This document shows positions 54,900-64,000 of a stretch of 64,000 nucleotides of DNA, in pieces. The stretch's first letter is position 1. The number at the start of each line of letters is the position of its first letter. The stretch comes from Dicyema japonicum (taxonomy: Eukaryota > Animalia > Dicyemida), in assembly GCA_011109175.1 (NCBI GenBank), contig RDEW01000014.1, forward strand, positions 682,001 to 746,000. Direction: 5' to 3'. A program made the position numbers and the translations under genes. The notes under the pieces are model-generated. The model saw only the letters and a program-made list of their open reading frames with translations, was not told the origin of the DNA and did not search any database.

Positions 54900-55790
54900 A
54901 AATCCTTACAAGATACCCAAGTTATGACCTACGCCATCCTATATGAGAAAAAATCAATGCGACTAATGCCATCCTATATGGAAAATCAATTAGCGATTTT
55001 ATCGGATTTCTGCAGAGGAAGTCGATCGGGATGTCTTTTTTGGACTGATTGGTTGACCTTTCTCAAAATAGGCTTCCTGGTTCTTTGCAGTTTAGGTCCA
55101 CTCTTAATACAAGTAGTTGATGCTGTTATGTTAGAGTCTATATTTTTCTTGGAAACTATTATCCACAAAAATCGGAGAGGCAGCATTGCTGAGACTATCT
55201 TTTTCAGCAAATACCATTGAGGAAATCAAACCGAAATAGATTAAGATTGGTAACCATGCCTAGCCTTCGCATCGACAAATGAGTGCGGTGTGTGGTTCAT
55301 GGCCCTTTTTTGTGCATCGCTCTGAACACTTTTGGACAACTATTCACACGAATAAGAATCAACTTCCGGTTCGTGCTTAATATCTGCATGAGTTACCGGC
55401 GCAGATGCGGGCAGATTGTTGACGTTTAAAAACAGCACTTCATGTACTCTCCTGCCGATGGAGCGCTGAAAGAAATACGGGCACAAGGCTACGAATGAAG
55501 CAATTGCAGAAGGGATCTATCCTTTAAAACTAAAGCCCAAAGACATGACACCACAAACAAAATGCCTGACGGGACATACTCTTTTCCAGTAGATAGATGG
55601 GAATCCACTTGTTTCGATCGCTTCTCCATTACCAACCTCACGCTGGCAGCTACTTATGCAAGATCAGCCTTAACGACAGCCGAAACTTTCAAAGAAAAAA
55701 ATATGCAAACTTAAAAAGGCAATTCGTATTAAAATTCGAAGCAGCCAAAACCTCAGTGATTATAAAAACCCAAATCGCCTTCCTTCCAAA
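54900..55790 (+). mobile_element. Heavily decayed CRE-type RLE region
   Basis: Remnants of CGQIVD..HVLSCR and the PDG motif, collinear with 35330-35850. Confidence 0.55.
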
Positions 55791-56099
55791 AAAGTAGACA
55801 TCCGAAAGGAGGATTGTCCGATTGCACGCATTTCCATACATAAGGAAATCACGCTAATTACTTACTAATACATTTGTTGATTTATAGAGATGATGAGAGG
55901 CATATTTTTTCCTATTGATTTATCGATCGGTTAGTACAAATCCCTAAATTTAAGGACACTTTAGATTATTTTCAGTTTAAAATGATAATTTTGAGAAAAC
56001 AATGAAATTTATAACTACAGCTGATTTCAGATAACACATTGTATTCTCGTTAACTACTTATGAAAGAAGGCCATCAGGAGATCCAGCCTCTCTTAGTAT

Positions 56100-57060
56100 C
56101 GACCTCATCATTTTCTAGTGTTTCTCCAGGGAACCGACCCATTCCCTGTAAGCCCGTTTTGAGAGATTTTTCGCGAAGACGAAATCGCCACCCGATTTCA
56201 TCACGAAATCCTCGTACGAGGTTGCCTTTTTCATAACCCATAAGTCGAAAGATGGTCTTGACGGCTTTGGACTGGTTACAATTAATCTTTTCAACATTTT
56301 ATTTGGATAGGTTCGTTCCCCAGGCGACACAACCATAACTGATGGTTGGCTCTATAAATTGGGTAAACGAGGGACCTAGCGTTGAATTGAACGATCGTTT
56401 AATTTGGAAAATAACATTTTTACAAAGTTGTTGACGGATTGATTACATTCAACACATGTTCGCTGAAAGTCATCAGCGAGTCAAAGTTTACTTCAAGAAT
56501 CTAGACAGTTCTTGTATGGGATTTGTTCTCTTTTCAAAAACAGTTGGGAGAATAATTCGTCATTCTTTTATTTGATGTAAGAAAGAAGTCGAGGATTTCT
56601 CCGTGAACGTAGAAATACAGTTACATTCTAACCACATTTTAAGTCAGTCGTTGTAACTTGGTGGTGGCTATCAAAAAATTTTGTCTTTGCTCGCAAAGAT
56701 GACATCGTCTGCATATGCGAGAGTTATTGAACTATACTAATTGGTTGATCGTGCAAAAAGAGGTTAAAGAACGATGGTGGAAAAGGAGATCGTTGTGGCA
56801 TACTGTTTGGAAGATATTTCTACGAGGGTTGACAACTTTTTCACTTCGGTAGAATTTCATTGTATTATCAAGTTCCTTTTTGTTGCTTTCAAATTTGTTG
56901 GACTTTTAGGATTTTTGACCTTCGATAGAGTCTTCCACATCATTTGCTTGTTGATTGGAGAGGTGATCTTTATCCATTCGTCTATTTCTCTTTTCCAGGA
57001 ATAATTTTTGGACCTCCAGATCCGATGTCATCAGACGTTACGTTCAGCCAGAAGGCCATT
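56100..57060 (-). mobile_element. Decayed LINE RT fragment
   Basis: LAYADDVIF remnant near 56695-56725. Confidence 0.5.
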
Positions 57061-57197
57061 TTGTGATCAAATTTATTATTATTAGTTATAAAAATATTAA
57101 TGTATAATACTAAATTTAATGTCATTTTTATTTTAGTTTTTTTTATTTTTAAATTAAATTTTAATATTTAAAACAGAACGTTGAGAATTTGAAAATT

Positions 57198-57618
57198 ATG
57201 TCTTGTGCGTCATTTTATAGATGTCGTCAGTGTAGGTTTACAAGTAATATGATGAAGTTTTTAGGGTTCCCTTGTTTCCGAGAGAGTCACTTGTCTTCCA
57301 TAGTACTGGCTATGGTGATATAGCTTTTGATCCCTCCCGTGTATGGAAAATAAAGCATTCTCAGGAACTCTCGACACTCATGACAGACAATTCAACGGAA
57401 TGCAGATCATCGATATTTATTGAATGCCAGGATTGGATGATGGACAGTTTGAAGGAAAATCAGGGAAAGATTTACTGTCCAAAGTGTTCCGTCAAGATTG
57501 GCCGTTTTAGACTCTCGGGTATTCATATTTATCATTTTGAGGATCCCAATGTCCTTGTGGTCAGTGGATAACCCCTTCATTTCATATTCAAAATGGCAAG
57601 GTTGAGATTATCATGTGA
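57198..57618 (+). CDS. DUSP12: DUSP12/Yvh1-type C-terminal zinc-binding domain protein, no phosphatase domain visible
   Basis: YRCRQCR.PLF..H, C.SSIFIE..DWM..QGKIYCPKC..KIG.F..SG.QCPCGQWITPSFHIQ..KV. Introns 57236-57264 (29) and 57519-57541 (23). Confidence 0.8.
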
Positions 57619-58419
57619 TCATTCTAAACTTCAAATTTTAATAAATTTTTTTATTTATTTCTATTTTTCGTCTTTGTAGGGAATTTGTTTGGCTAAACTT
57701 TGTTGTGGTAAATACCTTAATATCGGAAGTAACTTCATTTCCGGTTTTTTGTGTGTTTGGGCGGTGTGAGGAACTTATAGACTTCTCAGAAACTAAAAGC
57801 GTAACGTATTCAAAAGCTTGGTTTATCTATCTCTTAATTTTTCTTTCGGACCCTTTCCACCACCATGTTCGACAAACCAATAAATACAAGTAACAAATGA
57901 GGTTTTTGTAGTTCTTTCGTATTTACTGAAATTGATGACCGAGTACTTCAGAGAGTGAGTAAATATAAATATTCGCATATATGTATTTGAGGGATTTTAC
58001 AAAAGCCAATAAAGTGTATTTCTTGATGCGCGATAATCAAGTTCTCTGTGAAACATAATTTGAAAGGCAAACAAAAGATTATAATGGAAATGTTTGCTTG
58101 GACTGAAACGAAATGAAAACCCTAGGATTAAATTTAATTTTTCATTCCAAAGTGTTTTATTACATTGGCAAAAATAAACCTAACTTGAATAAATTTTTAA
58201 ATGCTCCCATATTAGCAACATTTAGTGAACCATCAGTTAACATAACAAATTGAAAGCATATATTAATTCTAACTATTGATTCCCGCCGAAATTTAAGTAA
58301 CATAGTGGCTAGTGTCGCTCGCGTAGCATTTATTGTGTGTCCGATTCCCAAACCACTACCTACTTGACTGATGGATTTCCTTTCTGCTTTTTTGTTTTTC
58401 AGTTCCTAGAATCGTCATT

Positions 58420-59880
58420 GGGTTCATCTAACATTGGAGACGTATGGTTGACCGACATCCAAGAGGATTTCTCTCTTCTATACTATCGCGAAGGGGTTCC
58501 TATAATGGCAAATATTTAGAAGGGATGTAATTATGGGAAAGGATACGCCCCACTCCAACCAGTGTAATTGGATAAAACCTTTTTCAAGTATAACGGAGAG
58601 GTAGGTTTTCGTTCGAGAGTCGTAATAAGATACTGAATCATAGGTTCTTTATTCCCTCCAATTTGCTCTACGTCGACAGCAAGAGCGTAACGATCTATTC
58701 CTCACACATATTTGATGCTTGGTAAAACAAACTAATTTTTATATATTCAACAAAAGAGAAAGATATCAGGGGATGTGAAAAATCCTTCAGCATTTCATCT
58801 TCTTTGAGACAGCAACCAGGTCCACTTGATCTGTAAATCATACAAGCAGAACGATAGTAACTTCTAGGATAGAGGGGCTAGAGTATTTGAACGAGCTTGG
58901 CCAAATGAATTGAATTAGCTTGGTCAAGTTACCTGTTGACAAGTATCTTGACCGAAGACCATGTTTGAAAGTGGGTAGTTCGAGGTACGGATAAATCTTT
59001 AAAAAGCAAGTTTTCCCAGCACATATAATGGAAACTGATCAATAAGAAGAGGGAAATGTGGGTGATTTGTTTTTCTTCATTGTAGGGTGAATTAAAAATT
59101 TGATTGAAATAATTTTTCCATTGTGACGAGACATTTTTGACTAATAAAGATTTGTTATTGTATCTATTGTAAATGATCCCACGTGTTTTAGTTTGGGAAC
59201 GGAGAAATTATTTGAAGTTCTGTGAAATGTACTTCGGTTGGTTTGACAACTATTTTTAGATGATTTCGACCTTCCTGGTCCTGATCTTTAAAATACCTTA
59301 TATGGTCAATATTCAGAACTTCTCAAACTTGGGGGATGTTGCGCATTTAGGCTTGGGAAGTCATTTTATTTGTTCCTCTTTTGTTATAAGTGCGAAGGAC
59401 GTTTAGGTCAATCCATCAAAATGATTCTTTTGCAAGATCTGAATATTATGCTATTAAGATCCTTGACAGTTTGAAATCTATCCGGAAGTAATGTCAACAA
59501 AGGGGTTAAAGATGAGTCGAGCTTCTCATGATAAGTTAATAATGGTCCTTGGTTCACTAATTAACTTATGAAGTTACTGTAAATACTTAAAGATTGAAGC
59601 CACGGGGGAAAGAGGGGAAGGAAAATGTTTGGTGAAATAGTCGAGTCATCACTTCGGAACGGAGTCCTTGTCTATTCATTTGGATCATTAAGGGTAAGGA
59701 AGTCGTCAATGTTGTCTGATATGAGAGACCACCATTGGTCCAATGTTGATTTTAGTTTAAGTTCCGGTCTAGGGTTTTTCTCAGCGTCACAACAGAAAAG
59801 GACAAGAGATAACGCCATTCATGTTTGCATGATAGGGAGATTGTGATTTTCACCACTTCAAGTGAAGAAAGCCACCAAGT
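58420..59880 (-). mobile_element. Heavily decayed LINE remnant
   Basis: Scattered APE/RT-like remnants and no long ORF. Confidence 0.35.
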
Positions 59881-60025
59881 AGGTGAGTCACTTAACTAAC
59901 AGACTTGAGGATCTTGGAATACATTACGTAAATATTAATTCGTAAATATTAATTATTTTTTATAAAATAAATATAATATTAAATAATTTATTTAAAAACA
60001 TTCTCGTGTTTGGGTCACATTACTC

Positions 60026-60252
60026 ATGGTTGGTGGATCATATTTGATTAATATTTTAAATAGCTTGTCTATTAAAATCGATGTATATTTATCTTTTAGA
60101 GCTCAAAAAAGTCGTTAAGGACCAAGCTATTCTTGGCAAAGAAAAGAAAGCAGAATCGTTCTCTTCCCCATTGGATGCGACTCAAGACTGGGAACAGAAT
60201 TCGTTACAATAACAAACGAAGACATTGGCGACGTACAAAGCTTAAGATTTAA
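60026..60252 (+). CDS. RPL39: 60S ribosomal protein eL39 (missed by the ORF track)
   Basis: ATG|71-nt intron (60029-60099)|[50 protein letters not shown]. Confidence 0.93.
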
Positions 60253-60679
60253 TTGATTTCCATTTTTGAATTGATTTTTGTTCTTATTTTTTTATATTAA
60301 TAACTAAGGAAGCATAGAATATGTTTAGTTTTTGTATTGGATCCTTTGAATCTCAATGATTTTAATAATGAGAAAGAGATGTTGTTGAAAGAACTCGGAC
60401 ATCATGACTCATGAGTTTTGTATGTTTGGGATTATACAATTCTAGGATTTCTGATGGTGATAAACATTGAAAATCAGTTTTCTTGTTTATACGGTTTGAC
60501 TCCGGATTAGGGCAGACTCCATGGCTTGGGTACCCTCGCATTTTAGGGCACTTTTTTAAAAATTGGTTTTCCAACTGGGGCTATGTATTTAACAAGTGTT
60601 CTTTTAGCAACATACATAGAACCATATCAACCTATTTGTGCAACTTGCGACAAATAATCCTCAAAGCTTTTTCAATTTT

Positions 60680-61455
60680 GGCCTGGCCGAGATTTGAACG
60701 GGAGTTTTACGTGCGCCAGGCGCTTCTTTTGTTGAGATTTCGATTTTTACTGAGCCTGTGACCTTTTCTATGACAAGAGAAAGAAGATAAAGGGCTTTCA
60801 CCCAATAAGAATCTAAGTAGACATATAGTGCAATTCCGTGATCTGGAGTCTAGTCTCATAAGCGCCTCCAGAGCCGTAGGTCCGGTTCGGTGATCTTCAC
60901 AAATCCAACGATCCGTTACTCTGTAAGCCCTCTTTTGCATTTCCTCAATTTTCCTCATATTTGTCCAAGATATGGACGGTCCCCACGAGGCGCATGCATA
61001 TGAGAAACATGGCTCGATGTACTGTTTGTACATGTTCATCAAGAATGGGTGACTACCACTCTTCCATATTCCCGATAAATTTTTCAATATTTGTAATTTC
61101 AAGGAAATCTTGTTGACGACGTCAAGTAATCCATAATACGCACGTAATTTAGCGTTTTCCATTGCAGCAAAGTAGGTGTACATTCGGCCATCGCATCCAA
61201 CTGATATTAGCATTATAGTGACATTCGTAATAAGAAAGTTATATCCTTCCCATCGCTTGTGCCACTCCCGGGTGATCCGGTCTGTTAGACACCTCCACAC
61301 TCTTCTAGAGATTGCGATTTTTCGTAGACTGTATAAATCATCTGCGTCTTCTAATGCTATTTTAACATGTTTTAGATCCATGTTCATTATTGATGGCAAA
61401 GTTGTCCGCGACTTCCCCCTAAAAGCACATGAGCAGAGGAAGTATGATTCCATCC
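60680..61455 (-). mobile_element. Adjacent RTE 3' fragment (about 61230-61455) and Jockey/I-like 3' fragment (about 60680-61100)
   Basis: FRGKSRTTLP..DADDLYSLR..W followed by YIEPCFSYACASWG..PTALEALMR. Confidence 0.75.
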
Positions 61456-61598
61456 AAATAATAATTTTTGCTATTTTTGATAAATAATTAAAATTATAAA
61501 ATTAAAAAAATAAATTTCGTAATAAATAAAAATAAAATAATTTTCTTCAACAATATAGGATATTAAGACTTTAGTTTGCGTTCCTGTGGTGCACAGTC

Positions 61599-61871
61599 AT
61601 GCTGGATGATCTGGTTTTTAATGGAAAGAATTGTGCCTCAGCTTTGAATAAATCCCAATTAATTGAAACTTTCACCATAAATGAAGATTCGAGAGTTGGA
61701 CCTATTATGAATCTCTATTCAAAATTTGTATTACTATCAGAAGAATTGGGGAAGGATGTTAAGCAGGCTTATGCTGGGAATAAAGCAGCTATTAATAGAC
61801 TAAAGAGAAGTATTGGACAAGTGCGTATGCTCTGTAAGGAAGGAACTGGAAAATTGAATCTGCTAGATTAA
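61599..61871 (+). CDS. CDK2AP1: CDK2-associated protein (CDK2AP1/DOC-1 family), intronless
   Basis: YSKFVLLSEELGKDVKQAYAGNKAAINRLKRSI..VR.LCKE matches the family core ([25 protein letters not shown]). Confidence 0.85.
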   Translation: MLDDLVFNGKNCASALNKSQLIETFTINEDSRVGPIMNLYSKFVLLSEELGKDVKQAYAGNKAAINRLKRSIGQVRMLCKEGTGKLNLLD

Positions 61872-62397
61872 AACATAAATAAAATTTATTCTTAACTTAA
61901 TTCTAGAAATTTGATTTACTTGTGGATTGGTCCTTTAAGTTTTTTAAATAAGTAATAAAAATAGAGCAGACATCAATGATATTCACTGTTTGTTTGACTA
62001 AGAAAAGTCAACCAGGAAAGTACAAGGTGGCCAATTGGATTACTAAAAAGTTAAATTTCTCTCCTTGGGGATTTATGGGAATAGTGGCTGGGTTTTTGAG
62101 AGACACCAGCCACCAATTTGGTAATTTCAAACAGTTGATTTAGTTTAAAAGCAACTTTGAGATTTGATGTACAAATGTTTATACTGAACATTTATTTAAA
62201 CAAAGAAGATGAATTCCACGCCTTATTTCCTATAATCACGGCCTATTTCATCCGGGATGTACACCCGTTTTTCCAACTCTCGTCATTCGCTGAGAATCAG
62301 TGTTTGTGGAGGTTGTCTAATACTCACTAATGTTCTAATTAGCTTATCGCTAGTCTTCTCCAGCCTGTACGGTTTGTTCAACTGCCAACCAAGGCCA

Positions 62398-62650
62398 GGT
62401 AACTTGGTGGTTAGGATCTTAGAATATAACAATGATTTTTGGTTCGATTCCCCTATTGGCTATTTGCTAGAACATTTCCTTAACTTTTTTATGTTCTCTA
62501 TCTATTATAGTTTTATTAGAGTGGCGTTATATGATCCTCTTCTCTCAAGTGCCAGAAGGGTACAAAAAGGATCATTTACTCTCCACTGGAAAACTTCCCA
62601 CAACTTCAAGGACTCGATGCTCTACTACTTTTCCGTTGGTTCTGGATGAC
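62398..62650 (+). mobile_element. SINE family B copy with tRNA-like head
   Basis: A-box-like TAACTTGGTGG, B-box GGTTCGATTCC and the shared body. Confidence 0.65.
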
Positions 62651-62899
62651 AAGACAAAACAAAGTTTTATTTACCGACAGACCCAAGACTAATTAAAGTT
62701 AGAACCAGAAGATCCGAAAGAAGAGCCTAAAACTAATTAAGAATGTTTGTATCTTCTAAGTGTGGTTAGTTCGATAAGACACCTTGTGTCTTTTTTTTGT
62801 TAGAAAACCCCAAATCACATCACACGTCTCCACATGTGGCTTTATACTTCTTCAATGTATGCAAAATATATAAAGGAAGGTCTTCGGATTCAGATGAAA

Positions 62900-64000
62900 T
62901 CGAAATAATGCATCCCCGTCGCTTTCGCTCTTCGTATCTGACATGATCTTTGAAGGATCTTCTTGCATCAACGGACACTCCAAGATATTTCAATTTTCCG
63001 AGGGCTTAATTTTTCCTGTATCCACATAATTCTCGTTCTTTCTGTTTTAGCTATCCAACTGACAGTGTATTTCCCTCGATAGATTTAATCCATTGTCTTT
63101 GTACCAGGTTTCGAATCTTGAGATCTGAGCTTCTACCCTCTTCCATGACATTTGATTGGTTATGTTTGAGTCGAGAATATGTCGTCAGTATAAACAAGCA
63201 TCTGGGTATTGGAGTTCTCTGTTTTCGGCACTTCACTCATTACACAGTTAAGAGAAGTGGACTAAGAATAGAACCCTGTGAAACTCTCTTCTTAGCTCTA
63301 CCTTTTTAGAAATATGATCTTCGACACCTATGTAAGACTCTTCCTGAAAGAAAGTTTTCTATCCACAAAAGTGCCGCTTCCAAATGTTTGCCTTTGACAA
63401 CGTATCAAGAAGTCCAAGGCGCCAAACACTGTCGAATGCCTTAGATATATCCAGGCACACTGCATAAGGAACTCCATTTTATATGCAGAATTTTGAATCG
63501 ATTTCCGCAATCCGTGAGATAGTAAGTACCCTGTTCCCTTATTCTGACGGAATCCCCATTGGTTATCAGTTGGGAAATTGTTTTCTCCAACAACATTCGA
63601 CAAATGGTTACTTCAAATAAAACACTAACAAATTATGCACCTCTCTTAACCCTAATGGAGATTTAATCCCCCAAAAAAACTTTGTCAAGTTACTGGGTAT
63701 CACGTACGACCGCCGCAGTAGACATGTTAACAACATTATATCCTCAATCCAATGGAAACTAAACTTTGTAAAGACACTTCTTGGACACTACAAAGGATGC
63801 TTCAACTCAACGTTAAGCTCACCCTATACGCAATACATACAACCGAGAATCAGCTATGGCTGTGCTGCATGGGAGACAAACCTGTCCAATACGAATCTGA
63901 GAAAGATTAATGGCTTTCAAGCAACATTCACTAAGACTCTACAAAGGTTCTCTTCATCGTCGCTAAGACTAACTCGTTTCGAGGAACTTGTGGGCAGAGC
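62900..64000. mobile_element. LINE RT fragments (minus about 62900-63620, plus about 63640-64000)
   Basis: NQWGFRQNKGT and VSQGSILSPLL on the minus strand; KLLGITYD..YTQYIQP.ISYGCAAW on the plus strand. Confidence 0.65.

Noticed and set aside
60707-61453. 248-aa ORF as a novel gene
   Set aside because: It is a chance in-frame join of an RTE 3' end and a Jockey/I-like 3' end.

Overview
AT-rich animal genomic DNA, not prokaryotic. Ten compact host genes lie as islands in mostly decayed transposable-element DNA: an RH-C1-DH-PH RhoGEF, a divergent actin, USB1, a cytoplasmic intermediate-filament protein with a lamin-tail domain, a Meis/PKNOX-like TALE homeobox gene, RPS10, TBCB, an apparently stand-alone DUSP12/Yvh1-type zinc domain, RPL39 and a CDK2AP1-like gene. 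The genes are split by ultra-short GT-AG introns, hand-counted at 22-29 nt; about half start GTT and some end AAG or GAG. This architecture resembles that of dicyemid mesozoans, but the taxon is an inference. The intergenic DNA holds CRE-type (RLE), RTE-type and Jockey/I-like LINE relics and two tRNA-headed SINE families, one sharing its 3' tail with a local RTE LINE. It also holds a bipartite non-autonomous RTE derivative, nested TA-flanked pogo-like MITEs and a foldback-like element. Homology calls come from recognising motifs by eye, not from database searches, and TE boundaries are approximate.
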